Source: an uncultured Candidatus Binatia bacterium
Lineage (GTDB): Bacteria; Desulfobacterota; Binatia; Bin18
Direction: 5' to 3'
Length of the DNA: 64,000 bases
Assembly (NCBI GenBank): GCA_965214605.1
Contig: OZ243961.1
Location: 4,224,001 to 4,288,000, forward strand
Each line of letters opens with the position of its first letter. The stretch's first letter is position 1. Made by a program: the position numbers and the translations under genes. Below the pieces are notes generated by a model. The model did not search any database. It saw only the letters and a program-made list of their open reading frames with translations, and had not been told where the DNA came from. This document shows positions 28,692 to 40,181 of this stretch, one piece after another.

Positions 28692-31600
28692 ATGAGCCTG
28701 TCCGCAAGAGCATTGCAGGCGCTGAACGAACATTGGGCGGTCGCCGCCATCGGGGCGGACGCGCTGGAGCGCGCGCGGGATCTCGCTCACCAGCGGTTGG
28801 CACAACGGGCGGCGGGCAAGCAGATCAGCTTTTCCTTTGTGGAGAGCGCAGAGGATGAGCCGTTTCTTGAGCGTGTGGGACTGGCATTCGAGCTTGCAGC
28901 GATCGAGGGTCTAGAGGAACTGAGCCGACCGGCCGGAGACAACCAGCGCCTTCGCGATCAGGCGGTGGCGGCATCGTTCCGTGCCTTCGACCTCCGCCGC
29001 CTTCTTCCGGTGCCGGCGGAGACGCTTGCACGTCTATTCTTCGTCCTGCAACTGTCCGCGATCGCCTATTGCGGGGATCGCTGGTCGGATTTGCGGAGAT
29101 GGTATCGGGAGCAGGAAGAGGCAATCAGAGCGCCGAGTGTCGCGGATGCAGACTGGGACCGTAGGCTCCTGTACAGGCTGTTCGATTGCTGGGTCCGGCT
29201 CTTCCGCAAAGACGGGTGGGACGATTTGGATCGTATTCGCGAGATCATCGCCGGTTTGCGCAATGACCAAGTCGTTCACGAGGAACGCTGCCTAAAAAAT
29301 GGTTCTGAGGCGGTAGACCGGGCGATCGCCTTTCGGCTGGCGGCGCTTTACAACTGGGCGAAGGCGACAGAGACGCTCGCCGGATACATACTCCAGGGCG
29401 AACCGGGCGATCCGTTCGGCGCTCTGGACAAGCATTTCGAAGCGGGAGTCCGGGCGGCGACAGCGTCGGGGGACGCGCAGCACGAAGTGATGCTTCGGTG
29501 GCTGCATGCAGTGGCGCGCATCATGGTGACGAATTCGCTCTGGTGGGCGACGCGGGCAGTTAACTCGCGGACCTCGGACTTCGTGCGCTCTCTGACGCAC
29601 CGAGAACACCAAGCGATGTTCGAGCTATTGCCGCCGCAGCGCACTGCGCTGCTCGAACAGGGGCTGCTCGACCAAGCGAAGACTGCAATCGTGGTCGACA
29701 TGCCTACCTCTGGGGGGAAAACCCTGCTCGCGCAATTCCGGACACTCCAAGCGCTGAACCAGTTCCAGTCCGACCGGGGGTGGGTCGTCTATGTCACTCC
29801 GACCCGTGCGTTGTCGGCGCAGATCACGCGCCGCCTGCGCAAGGACTTCGAGCCTGTCGGACTACGCGTTGAGCAATTGACCGCTGCCGTCGAAGTGGAC
29901 GCGTTCGAGGAAGAACTGCTCACCGAAAGGGATGAGCCGTTCGACATCCTGGTCGCAACGCCCGAGAAGCTGTCGCTGGTGGTACGAAACAGGAAGGTGG
30001 ATCGTCCTCTCGCGCTGGTGGTGATGGACGAAGCGCAGAACTTGGAATCTGAGGGGCGAGGCCTGCGGATTGAGTTGTTGTTGGCGACGATCAAGCGTGA
30101 TTGCCCGCAGGCAAACTTTCTCCTGTTGATGCCCTACGTGGAGGAATCGGAATCGGTAGCGCGCTGGCTGGCGCAGGACATCGACGCGGGAAACGCGATT
30201 AGCCTGGGCACGGTGCCGTGGAAGCCCAACGAGCGGATTATTGGCCTCTATCGGGCGGTAGCCGATGACGGTGCACACGGAGGCTGGCACCTCGACTTCG
30301 AGACATTGACCGCGACTGAGAAGGCCATGCCGCTTCACGGGACCCACCGCGTGGGGGGCCTAAGGCCGATTGACGTACCGAAAAGCCAAGTGCTCACGAA
30401 AGGTGTGCAGAAGGGACTCGGGTTGCAGACGGCGGCAATCGGGGCGGTCATGTCGGCACGGGGCACGAGCGTTGCGGTGGCCAACAGCATTCCCACGGTC
30501 TGGAAGATGGCCGGGGAAGCGGCGCGGAGCCTTCCAGAGATGGACGAAGTGCCGTCGGACATCAGGTTGGTTCAGGACTTCCTGCGCACCGAGATCAGCG
30601 CCGACTTCAGGCTGGTCGGTATGCTTGAGAAGGGCGTCGGCGTGCACCATGCGGGGCTGTCCGACGAGGTCCGCGCACTGATGGAGTGGCTTGCGGAGGC
30701 AGGCAGCATTCGGATGCTGTGTGCGACGTCGACGATCGCGCAAGGCCTCAACTTCCCGGTGTCGTCGGTTTTCCTGTCCTCGCGCTATGTGCCACAGGGG
30801 ACGAGGTCGGTGGCGATGGCCCCGCGGGAATTCTGGAACCTCGCCGGGCGCGCGGGCCGCATCGGCCACGACAGCGTCGGTGTCGTCGGTCTGTCGGAAG
30901 GGACTGATCGCGATGCACTGATCAAGTTCGTGAGACGGAACACCGGTGCGCTCGTCTCCCGTCTCGTGGTGCTACTTGACGAGCTTGCGACCCAAGGGTC
31001 GTTGGCGCAGCTGTCGAAGGTGCTTCGGAAAGACCAGTGGGAGGACTTTCGCTGCTACATCGCGCACCTTTGGGCCGAGAAGAAGAACCTCGATGCGGTC
31101 CTCGCGGATTCGGAGCAGCTTCTCAGACAAACCTACGGATACACCTCGATGCGGAACGATCCAGAGCAACGGCAAAAGGCGGATGCGCTCCTAGATGCGA
31201 CGCGGAGGTATGTCCGCAAACTCGCCGATATGCCCGAGGGGATCGCGGAGCTTGCGGATTCTACCGGTTTTTCGCCCGAAGGCGTCCAGGCGGCGATGGG
31301 TGATATTAGGCGCCTGGAGAGCAAGCTAACCGTGTCGGACTGGGCGCCGGAGAGCCTGTTCGGCAGCGGCGGCAGAATGGCGGACCTGTTCGGCGTCATG
31401 CTGCGGGTGCCGCAGCTCAGCCAGGATCTGATGGAGCTGGGGGGTAAGGGGTTCGACCGGAGCCGGATCTCCGAGATCACTAACGATTGGGTGAACGGAA
31501 AGGGACTGGAAGCGATCGCGAGGGAATACTTCACCCGCGAGAAGGATGATGAAGCGGGCACGGGTGCACTGACGGATGCATGCAGGGCGATCTATCGCAC

Positions 31601-31970
31601 CATCGTCAATAGCGGAACATGGGGTGTTTCGGCTCTCAGCCGAGTGTCGGGGATTGACTTCGACACGCTTCCAGAAGCCGGTAGACGGCGGATTAATGCA
31701 CTGCCGGCCATGATCTATCACGGAGTGAGTAGCGAAGATGCGGTGCTTATGCGGATGAACTCGGCACCGCGAAGCGCGGCCGAGGCGCTGGGCAGCCTGT
31801 ACCGGCGGGTCACCGGAGAGGACGAACGCAGGTATTCGGTAGGACAGGCGCGGCGCTTCCTGCAGGGACTTGGCGCCGATGATTGGGACGGGGTGAGGCC
31901 CGAGGGGGCGGCGCTTTCAGGAACGGGATACAAACGGGTCTGGGAGGTCCTTTCGGGCGAGGGAAGTTGA
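28692..31970 (+). CDS. Ski2-like DEAD/DEAH helicase, HamB-like
   Basis: PTSGGKT, PTRAL, TPEK, DEAQ, GVHHAGL, TSTIAQGLNFP, NLAGRAGR; N-terminal helical domain; translationally coupled to the hamA-like gene. Confidence 0.85.
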   Translation: MSLSARALQALNEHWAVAAIGADALERARDLAHQRLAQRAAGKQISFSFVESAEDEPFLERVGLAFELAAIEGLEELSRPAGDNQRLRDQAVAASFRAFDLRRLLPVPAETLARLFFVLQLSAIAYCGDRWSDLRRWYREQEEAIRAPSVADADWDRRLLYRLFDCWVRLFRKDGWDDLDRIREIIAGLRNDQVVHEERCLKNGSEAVDRAIAFRLAALYNWAKATETLAGYILQGEPGDPFGALDKHFEAGVRAATASGDAQHEVMLRWLHAVARIMVTNSLWWATRAVNSRTSDFVRSLTHREHQAMFELLPPQRTALLEQGLLDQAKTAIVVDMPTSGGKTLLAQFRTLQALNQFQSDRGWVVYVTPTRALSAQITRRLRKDFEPVGLRVEQLTAAVEVDAFEEELLTERDEPFDILVATPEKLSLVVRNRKVDRPLALVVMDEAQNLESEGRGLRIELLLATIKRDCPQANFLLLMPYVEESESVARWLAQDIDAGNAISLGTVPWKPNERIIGLYRAVADDGAHGGWHLDFETLTATEKAMPLHGTHRVGGLRPIDVPKSQVLTKGVQKGLGLQTAAIGAVMSARGTSVAVANSIPTVWKMAGEAARSLPEMDEVPSDIRLVQDFLRTEISADFRLVGMLEKGVGVHHAGLSDEVRALMEWLAEAGSIRMLCATSTIAQGLNFPVSSVFLSSRYVPQGTRSVAMAPREFWNLAGRAGRIGHDSVGVVGLSEGTDRDALIKFVRRNTGALVSRLVVLLDELATQGSLAQLSKVLRKDQWEDFRCYIAHLWAEKKNLDAVLADSEQLLRQTYGYTSMRNDPEQRQKADALLDATRRYVRKLADMPEGIAELADSTGFSPEGVQAAMGDIRRLESKLTVSDWAPESLFGSGGRMADLFGVMLRVPQLSQDLMELGGKGFDRSRISEITNDWVNGKGLEAIAREYFTREKDDEAGTGALTDACRAIYRTIVNSGTWGVSALSRVSGIDFDTLPEAGRRRINALPAMIYHGVSSEDAVLMRMNSAPRSAAEALGSLYRRVTGEDERRYSVGQARRFLQGLGADDWDGVRPEGAALSGTGYKRVWEVLSGEGS

Positions 31971-32304
31971 GAAAGGCCGAGTAGCCAACCGGGCGGTCAC
32001 CGACCGGATTGGTCGCGAACGGGTGGCATGGCCGGTGGCCGGCATGAACGTTGGGGATAGGGAGGACTCCTTGATGACAGTGCCGTGGTTGCAGCCCGAT
32101 TAATATGAAGCCGTGCTCGGCGCCCTCGCCCTGTTGGTCTACTTGCGATGCTCCTGGAACGGGCGCTGGGCCGTCATCTTCGAGTGGAGTGTCCTCAGGG
32201 ACTGGTTGAAGGAAAAGCGGCTTCGGGTGCCGATCGCGCTTGTGGCATCCTACGCAATGACGCTTGCGATAGATCGAACTCGAACGGGAGTCTAAAACAC
32301 CCGC

Positions 32305-32490
32305 GGCTGGCCCTTCGCGCGAGTCTACACGTCGGTCGACGTGCGCCTACTCCGGGTAGACATGGACCTCGGGCGGATGTCCAGGCTCGCGACGCGGGTC
32401 GTGCTGCACCGCGAGTTCCACGTGTTCGGCGCTGGGCGTTTCGAACGTCTGGCCGAGGTCTCGGCGAGCCACGTCTACAACCTGCGGGTT
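32305..32490 (+). mobile_element. Remnant of an integrase-core IS transposase
   Basis: PFARVYT..DVRLL...GRMS.LATR....E..VFG..RFERLA.VS.SHVYNLR; frameshifted. Confidence 0.6.
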
Positions 32491-32728
32491 CCCGGATCTA
32501 CCTCTGGGTGTAGATCGTGTGCCAATTGCCGACAAAGCACTCAAAATGAGTGTGCGCGGCGGTGCGCTCACGGCTGACGGCACTCAGTTTGGTTGCTCGG
32601 CCGAATCCGTCCCAGGGGCAGTGCAGCACCTGCGGTTGGAGTCAACCCGGACGGAGTACCGCCCCAAGACCTGGCGCGACGCCCGTACCGCTCCAATATC
32701 GAAACTGGTCAAGGATTCGACAAAACAC

Positions 32729-33110
32729 ATGGCGCAGACGCTCACGAAGAATATCCGGGTCACTCCCGAACAGTGGGAACGTATCGAGAAGGCCGCCGAA
32801 GATCGCGGAAATTCGGCAAACCAGCTCGTCGTTGAGCTCACCATGGAGACCCTGGATCGCCGCGAATGGCCGCGTAAGCGACAGTGAACCCAGTCCGACC
32901 ACGCCGTCCGAAGCACATAACCGGCGCCCGTTCATCGCCGATCCCGGTCCGCTCGGAGCGGAACATGCCGGGCAAATCAAGCACATCTTTCGGGGCGTCT
33001 ATGTGCTCTTGACGCTCAAGCGCGACGAAATGGTCCGCGAAGGGCAGCAGGATGAGTTCGAGAATATCCACAAGGCTGCCCACAAAGCGCAGGATTCCAT
33101 CTGCGAATAA
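32729..33110 (+). pseudogene. RHH-like plasmid/ICE accessory protein fragments
   Basis: KNIRVTPEQWERIEKAAEDRGNSANQLVVEL, plus an out-of-frame second part. Confidence 0.45.
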
Positions 33111-33269
33111 GCCTCCAGCTCGCCCGAATGAAAGATCCGTACGACAACGGCAATGCCCGAACAGCGGCCCCAAATTCCGCCGCAGCGACCCGGAAACCTG
33201 TTTCCCGGCATTGTAATATGACGGCATTGACATTATATTCCTGACAAACGAACAGGAGACACCAAACCG

Positions 33270-33866
33270 ATGCCGGGCCTTCCCAAGCGCATCATGGAGC
33301 ACGCCCAGGCTCTTCCGGAGGCCACGCCGCTGTGTCCGGGTGCCCTGCTTCACCTCGGTCACCGCGCGGCGATCGACCAAGCATTGTCGCGCTTGGCTCG
33401 CTCGGGAGAGCTGATGCGGATCTGCCGGGGCGTGTACATGCGTCCCGTCGAGACCCGGTTCGGCTTGCGGGCGCCCCGCCTCGGCAAGGTACTCGCCGCC
33501 CTGTCGGTGTTGTGGGGCGAAACTATTTTGCCGTGCGGCGGGACGGCGGCCAACCGTCTCGGGCTGACCACCCAGAATCCGGTCCGCGCGGTCTACCTCA
33601 CCTCCGGTCCTCACCGCCGTCTTCAGTTCGGATCGTCCGTCGTGGAATTGCGCCCCGCGCCGCGTTGGCAACTCGTGGCTCCGCACCGCAGGGCCGGTGA
33701 CGTCATCCGTGCCCTGGCCTGGCTCGGTCCGGAAGAGGTCGAGGACGGGCTCGGCGCGGTTCTGCCGACGCTTCGAGACGAGGAGCGCGACGAGCTCTCG
33801 GCCGCACGAGCCACGATGCCGCACTGGATGGCGCAAGCTGTGAGCGCCCGCCTGTCGCATGGCTGA
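33270..33866 (+). CDS. AbiEi-like antitoxin (DUF6088 type), type IV TA
   Basis: AIDQALSRL..SGEL.RI.RGVY, AAN.LGLTTQ.P...YLTSG; upstream of and overlapping AbiEii. Confidence 0.85.
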   Translation: MPGLPKRIMEHAQALPEATPLCPGALLHLGHRAAIDQALSRLARSGELMRICRGVYMRPVETRFGLRAPRLGKVLAALSVLWGETILPCGGTAANRLGLTTQNPVRAVYLTSGPHRRLQFGSSVVELRPAPRWQLVAPHRRAGDVIRALAWLGPEEVEDGLGAVLPTLRDEERDELSAARATMPHWMAQAVSARLSHG

Positions 33867-34890
33867 GACGCGGTATCAGGACCTTTCGGTCGATGATCGG
33901 CGCGACGCCCTGGAGGTGGCGGAGCGCACCGACAACCACAAGGCGCACCTTCTGGAGAAGGACATTTGGGTGGTCGCGACGCTTGACGCCCTGTTCGACA
34001 GCCCCTTCGCCCGGCACCTGACCTTCAAGGGCGGCACGTCGCTGTCGAAGGTATGGCGCGTGATTCGGCGTTTCTCCGAAGATGTCGATATCACCTACGA
34101 CATCCGCGCCTTCGCGCCGGACCTGGTGTCCGGCGCCGGCGACGAGGCGCTTCCGCCAACCCGAAGCCAGGAAAAGCGCTGGTCGCGGGCGATCCGTGCC
34201 CGCCTTGCCGAATGGGTTCGAGAGCAAGCGTGTCCGCTCGTCGAGGACGGGCTCGCGCGTGCCGGTTTCGGTGCAGCGGTTCGTGTCGAGGGGGACCGCC
34301 TCTATATCGCTTACGAGCCGCTGTTCGGGGAGAGCGGATTGGTACGCCCGGAGGTCATGGTCGAGTTCGGCGCGCGCTCCACGGGCGAACCGCACGAGAC
34401 CCGCCCGGTCGTTTGCGACGCAGCCGCACGTTTGCCGGACCTGGCGTTCCCCGAGGCGAGGTCCATCGTCATGCTGGCCGAGCGGACCTTCTGGGAGAAA
34501 GCGACCGCGATCCACGTCTTCTGCCGCCAGGAGCGGCGCCGGGGCGAGCGGCTGTCCCGGCACTGGCACGACCTTGCGCGCCTCGACGAGGCCGGCGTTG
34601 CCGCGAACGCATTGGCCGACCGCTCGCTCGCGCTCTCGGTTGCCCGTCACAAGGCGATGTTCTTCTCCGAGAACGACGCGACTGGTACGCGGATCGACTA
34701 CGAAACAGCGGTTTCCGGCGACCTGCAACTCGTGCCCGCGGGCACCGCGCGTGCCGTGCTTGCCGATGACTACGCACGAATGCTGGCCGACGGTATGCTG
34801 CTTGATGACACCGAACCGTTCGATGCGCTGATGGAGCGGTGCGCCGCAATCGAGACGTGCGCCAACGCCGCAGGGTCGAGGATCAGCTGA
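33859..34890 (+). CDS. AbiEii/AbiGii nucleotidyltransferase toxin
   Basis: EKD.WV, FKGGTSLSK, RFSEDVD, ERTFWEK, RHWHD. Confidence 0.92.
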   Translation: MAETRYQDLSVDDRRDALEVAERTDNHKAHLLEKDIWVVATLDALFDSPFARHLTFKGGTSLSKVWRVIRRFSEDVDITYDIRAFAPDLVSGAGDEALPPTRSQEKRWSRAIRARLAEWVREQACPLVEDGLARAGFGAAVRVEGDRLYIAYEPLFGESGLVRPEVMVEFGARSTGEPHETRPVVCDAAARLPDLAFPEARSIVMLAERTFWEKATAIHVFCRQERRRGERLSRHWHDLARLDEAGVAANALADRSLALSVARHKAMFFSENDATGTRIDYETAVSGDLQLVPAGTARAVLADDYARMLADGMLLDDTEPFDALMERCAAIETCANAAGSRIS

Positions 34891-34970
34891 TGGACGTATT
34901 CGCGTTCCGCGAAGAACTCTTAGCCGAGTACAGCGGCTTTCCCGAAGCTTCGCCAAATTCCGCGCGGAAG
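34890..34970 (+). pseudogene. 5' stub of a large DEAD/DEAH (DUF1998-type) helicase
   Basis: MDVFAFREELLAEYSGF start coupled to the AbiEii stop, then truncated. Confidence 0.45.
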
Positions 34971-34984
34971 CAACCAATAGCGAC

Positions 34985-35090
34985 GGACAGACTTGGGCCG
35001 GCGCCCCAATCAGTGAACCGATGCGCATCGAAACCGTGCACGAATACGGCGTCGGCGCTGGAACGACGATCATGGCCGGCTTGCCGGCCC
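34985..35090 (+). pseudogene. N-terminal remnant of an SNF2-type defence helicase
   Basis: GQTWAGAPISEPMRIETV; a related start LTAEIPVREGQVLTG occurs at ~40053-40105. Confidence 0.35.
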
Positions 35091-35389
35091 GCGATCTCAA
35101 GCTACGCGGTTTCGCGGAACGGTTTCTTGTGGTCCGTCCTACAAACCCGACGTTTCACCTGCGGCGCAAGTTCAGCGAGAGATTTCTAAGAGAACTTCCC
35201 CATGCTCAAGTTCTAGGGCGGTGCCGACCTTCGCAAACCTTCAGCGTCAACCGGTGAATGGAACTGCGCGAACCGAAACCCCGACTCCTACGGGTGCGTT
35301 CGCTGAAGGATCGTCTACACAAACTGGGGGCCTCAGTGTCGAAACGTAACCAACAGAAGAGGAGGGAAAAACTGAGGCAAGTCGCGACA

Positions 35390-35800
35390 TCCTCTTTAAT
35401 CCGCGGTGTCGATTGCGGCGCGGGCGGGCTCACGCGCGGACTGGAGGCCGTCGGCGTCGATGTCCGGCTCAGCCATCGATATCGACCCGGCTAGCGAGTA
35501 CCCCGACACCGAAAACAACAAAGCTTCTTTTCTCTTGATGTCGATTGAGGAGATCACCGCGGCCGATTTTGCCGAGGTCTTCGACGAAGATCCTTTCAAG
35601 CTGCCGTCAGGATGTGCGCCATGCCAGCCGTTTTCCACTTACAGCCAAACATGGTCCTGCCCCTCCGACGAACGCTGGAACCTGCTGGAGCATTTTTCGC
35701 GCTTGGTTGAAGGGACCAAGCCGCATCTCGTCACGATGGAACACGTCCCCCCTCCAGAGCGTGAGGACCTGTTCGTGGATTTCGTGGCCGTCCTTGAGTG
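35390..35800 (+). pseudogene. C5 DNA cytosine methyltransferase remnant
   Basis: VDCGAGG (motif I, LF lost), GCAPCQPFS (motif IV), MEHVP (degenerate ENV); frameshifted and truncated. Confidence 0.85.
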
Positions 35801-35914
35801 CGATCCCGCAGGTATCAGCCGGACACGGCCTCGGGTGTCCAGGGCGACACCCCAACCGACGAGAAGAAGACCCGGACGATCGGACAGCTGCACCGGACCA
35901 GCAGGGGACTGACC

Positions 35915-36549
35915 ATGGAACTCGTTGTTGCTTCTGTTCTCTGTTACCTCAACCACCCCAAAAGAAGTCGCGTTGAATTGTGCCCTGAACGAGAGGGGAT
36001 CCTAAGCAAGGCCGCGGCGGGCCGCCAGTCCGACATCCTGGTTACGCCCGCGAATGTGAATACCTTTCAGGTCGTCTGTGCAGTGAGCGCCAACAAGGCA
36101 ATGAGCGATGGCAAGTCCGTGGACCAACTCGACGCAGCGCTCAAACACGCTCGGAAGTATAACGAGGAGGCCGAGGTGGTTATGACTTATGTGCTGCTGC
36201 TGAATCTCCGGGAAATCGGCCGCGACCGGCGCCTCCACCAGAAGTTTCAAACGTTCGTGGAGGAGCATTCGGACGAATTGCGCTTGTGGGCCCCATCCGA
36301 TTCGTGTCCATGGAGGCGGCGGAACTCGCGGTTCTGGTGAATCGGTTGCACTACGAGGAGGAGAGGCTGAACTTCCTGAGTATGGTGCTCGCCGAGGCAT
36401 TCGATTTCCTGCACGCGAGTATGTTCGCCGAGAAACTCCCGGAGGAAGAGCGGTGGATGTCTGACCTCGCGGTCAATACGGTCGAGCGTGACGCAAAGCA
36501 AAGGGAGGGAGGCGCGGACCTGTTTCCGGCACCGCGGCCGCCACTATAG
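35915..36549 (+). pseudogene. Frameshifted hypothetical protein, possibly a PD-(D/E)xK restriction nuclease domain
   Basis: Two consecutive frames joined near 36288; A.GRQSDI...VVCAVS...Q pattern. Confidence 0.3.
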
Positions 36550-36619
36550 AACTATTGGTGCGAATGCACGGGTAACGACCCGAGTTGGCGGCTGGTCTTC
36601 GGTGCCTCGAATACGACGG

Positions 36620-37000
36620 TGCGGATTGACGCTGGACCGCATGGAGTCGTGCTCCGGCCGCCGGGTCAGCACCAGACACAGAAGAGTGCCGCCGAAACCG
36701 CACCAAGCGCCGATTTCGGCGGCGGTCGCCACCATGCGGAGCAGATGGTCTCGCGCGGGCAACGCCTCGCCGTTGAACTTGAGATCCTCACGCATGACTG
36801 TCAGGATCGCGCCGTCCTCGGTCCGGTACTCTGCCGGCTCGCGATCGTCGAAGCCGGCCTTGATCAGGATTTCCGTGAGGGTGAGCTTGCTAGCGGTGTA
36901 TCAGTCATGGCCCGTGGTGTCGCGTACCAGCGCAATACCGCAGGCCAGAAACGCCATCGAGACGACGCCAGTCGCCCCGGCGAGGAGCGCCGACCCCACG
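36620..37000 (-). pseudogene. Possible N-terminal fragment of a conjugative coupling protein (TraD-like)
   Basis: TM-TTGHD*YTASKLTLTEILI..GFD...EYRT.DG-TM with an internal TGA. Confidence 0.35.
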
Positions 37001-37204
37001 TCGCCGGACCGAAGACAGCCGTCCATCCGGCCCGGCGCCCGTGTCCTCCCCTGGCGAGCCGGGACCGCGGTGCCGCGGTCCATGATGGCCTCCAACGCCT
37101 CCTCGTCCACTATGGTGAAGGGACCGTCGAAACCGAAGCTCGTGCGCACAGCGTCGACTTGCCCGGCGTTGAGCATGTGCCTGATGAGGGCCTCACCCGC
37201 AGTG

Positions 37205-37330
37205 GGGTGTTGTTCACTTGCCCGACCTGGCCACTCGCGCAACGGCAAGAAGGGGAAGCTGCAGATCGTCTACGACCTGTTGTGTCCCGCCGAGGGCTTG
37301 CCCGGTGGCCGTACAGGTTTATGAGGGCCT
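37205..37330 (+). mobile_element. IS1634-family transposase remnant
   Basis: CSLAR.GHSRNGKKGKLQIVY.LLC..EG/PVAVQVYEG. Confidence 0.7.
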
Positions 37331-37334
37331 TGCT

Positions 37335-37484
37335 ACCCTCTCGGCCTGGCGCACACTCGTTGACGACGACCACGGCGCCGAACGACCCGTCGATGAACCA
37401 ACTGAAGAGTGCGAAGTTGCGGTAGTCCCCACTCGTCAGCGCCTGGAAGGCACGGTAGTGCTCCCCGGTAATGTTGGTGCTCAT
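37335..37484 (-). pseudogene. Truncated ICE/plasmid hypothetical protein
   Basis: GGAGG RBS; MSTNITGEHYRAFQALTSGDYRNFALFS, cut by the IS remnant. Confidence 0.4.
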
Positions 37485-37844
37485 TGGCGATCCTCCGTTT
37501 TGCGGCCGCGCGGGTTGCAGGTTTGGCGACGGCCTCGCTCTGAACCCGTCGGACTCAGCCTCCGGTTGGGGGTGCTGAGCCGTGTGGAAGCGCCCAAGCC
37601 GTGTCGTGAGCGAATGCGGCCGGTCGGGACGGAGAACGCTTGCCAGGACGTATGTGTCGGACGTGGTGCATGTTCCGACGACAGTGTGAAACGCGGTGGG
37701 GAGTTCGGCGCAGATGGGTTGATGTTCCGCGACGGTACGATTAGGATAGTGCGGCTGCCTGGGGAAGCCGGGCGCCGGAGTGGGGAGGGAGGACTCGTTC
37801 GGCTGGGTTCGCTTCTCCCAAACCATCGACTATTGGGAGACTCC

Positions 37845-39645
37845 ATGACCATCCAGCGCTATTCGGTCAATCAGCATCCCATCCAGACCCTGCTTACCTG
37901 GATCGAGTCCGACGAGATCGCGATTCCAGAGATCCAGCGCCCGTTTGTCTGGAACGCGACGCAGGTGCGTGATTTTATCGACTCGCTCTATTTCGGCTAT
38001 CCGGTCGGCTATCTCATCGCGTGGCGCAATCCGTCGGTCCGGCTGAAGGACGGGACCCAATCGGCGGGCAAGCGTATTCTGATCGACGGCCAACAGCGTG
38101 TGAAGGCACTGCTGGCGGCCATGCTCGGACGATCGCTCGTCGACAAGAGCTACAGGAAGGTACGCATTGCGATCGCGTTCCATCCTGGCGAGGAACGGTT
38201 CGAGGTCACGAACTCGGTAATCCGTCGCGACCGGACATGGCTTGCCGATATCGCCACCCTGTTTGCGCCCGACACGAAACTGCTTCGGGTCGTCGATACC
38301 TATTGCGAGGACAACGGGGAAGCGAACAGGGACGAGATATACGAACGTATCGAACGGCTTCGGGGCATCCGGAATAACTTACTCGGACTCATCGAGCTCA
38401 ATGCCGACCTGGATGTCGAGACCGTCTCGGAGATCTTCGTTCGCATCAACTCACAGGGGGTTTCGCTGAACGCGGCCGACTTCGCCATGTCGAAGATGGC
38501 GGCCAACGAAAGGTATAACGGCCACCAGCTCCGCAAGTGCGTCGACTACTTCTGCCATCTCGCCGTCGCGCCGGAAACCTACGCTGATCTGGCGAATGAC
38601 AGCGAGTTCGCCGGCACCCAGGTATTTTCGGGCTATGGAATGGCTCAAGTACGAGAAGGAGGACCTGTATGATCCCTCCTATACCGACATGCTTCGCGTA
38701 GCCTTTACTTCGGAGTTCAGGCGCGGACGCCTCGACGACCTGGTCGCCCTGCTTTCCGGCCGTAACTTCGAAACCCGTGAGTTCGAGGAGGCCATTGCTG
38801 AGAAGTCGTTCCACAGGCTCAAGGAGGCGATCCTGCGCTTCATGAACGAGACCGACTTCAAGCGTTTCGTCATGATCCTGCGCTCGGCGGGGTTCGTGAA
38901 CACGTCCATGATCCGATCGCAGAATACCGTCAATTTCGCCTATATCCTCTATCTGACATTACGCGCGCAGGACACGGCTCCGGCGCACATTGAGACCCTG
39001 GTACGGCGCTGGTTCGTCATGTCCGTCCTGACCGGCCGGTACACGGGCTCGGCTGAGACGGCATTTGACGTGGATATCCGTCACATCGCCGAACACAACG
39101 CGCAAACCCACCTGACCGCGGTGGAGCAGGCAAAGTTGTCGGACGCGTTCTGGGAGGCGGGCCTTCCCCAGCAGATGGACACCTCGGCGGCGGCGGCCCA
39201 CAGCCCCTACTTCAATGTCTTTCTGGCGAGCCAGGTCAAGGCAAACGACAAGGGATTTCTGTCGAGTGACCACACGGTGCAGACCCTGCTCGAAGGCGCT
39301 TCGCATGTTCACCATGTGTTTCCGCGGAACTACCTGAAGAAGCACGGTCTAGTGCGCAGCCGCTACAACCAGATCGCGAACTACGTCATGATGCAGGGCG
39401 AGATCAATATCGCCATCGGCGACGATCCGCCTGCGGCGTATTTCGGGGAGCTATGGCACCAATGCAAGAATGGAGAAGCGCGTTACGGCGGCATCACCGA
39501 CGCTGAAGACCTGCATGCGAATCTCGTGGCTCACTGCATCCCCCAGGGCATGGATGCCGCTGAGGTCCGTGACTACGACAGGTTCCTGAAGGAGCGCAGA
39601 CTGCTGATGGCCAGGAAGATCCGCGACTATTACAAGGCGCTATAG
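37845..39645 (+). pseudogene. DUF262 (GmrSD-like) modification-dependent restriction protein, single frameshift near 38622
   Basis: IPEIQRPFVW, IDGQQR, FVRINSQG; C-terminal HHVFP...N; [12 protein letters not shown] frame jump. Confidence 0.85.
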
Positions 39646-39990
39646 GGCGGATTGCCGAGGATAACGAGGATCAGCGTCTCCTACTTCCCCTGTTCCGCCT
39701 AGTCGCGTTCCTCCCCCAACCGGGGAAGGGCAACGGGGCTTGGTCGTATACGGCTTCGAGCCCGCCAGGGCGTTGGTGAGGAAGACGCTGGCCCGTTCGT
39801 TCCCGTCATCCGCCAGCGGCGCGTCGAGTGCCTGCATAGTGAGCCCGCCTTGCAGATGGGCGACGACGAAGGGCGCGGGCATGATCTCGAGACCGAACAC
39901 GCGCTCGGTCGCCGCCTGCTTCACCCGCGCCCCGGCGAACGCACTCAGCCCCCGGCCTTCGAGGTTGGCAGCGATGCGACGCAGCAGGTG
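39642..39990 (-). pseudogene. Type ISP/N6-adenine methylase internal fragment
   Basis: G.EIMPAPFVVAHL...FLTNAL...[10 protein letters not shown]. Confidence 0.8.
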
Positions 39991-40181
39991 GTTCATCCGG
40001 CTGCGAGGCGAGAAGCAAGACGCAAGAGAATGGTCAAAAAACAGGGAGTCCTTGGTTGACCGCTGAAATACCCGTCCGCGAAGGGCAAGTCCTGACCGGT
40101 GCAGGGTGGGCTCAGCTTCAGGAGCGACCCCACAGCCCAACGCTGCCTTGCCGGATGAAGTTCCAATCGAAGGCCGTATTG

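Larger units (their letters stand above)
26762..28695 (+). pseudogene. Hachiman HamA-like PD-(D/E)xK nuclease, split by an insertion (5' 26762-27373; 3' 28510-28695)
   Basis: VGEAIAE, GADLVGF and FGEVK motifs; halves rejoin in frame (KSDIQ-[I/L]YGFLVRDV, 265 aa); stop overlaps the helicase ATG. Confidence 0.72.

Noticed and set aside
33703-35100. Long antisense ORFs (also 32838-33860, 59402-60577, 46804-47526)
   Set aside because: Shadows of GC-rich genes on the opposite strand, with no motifs
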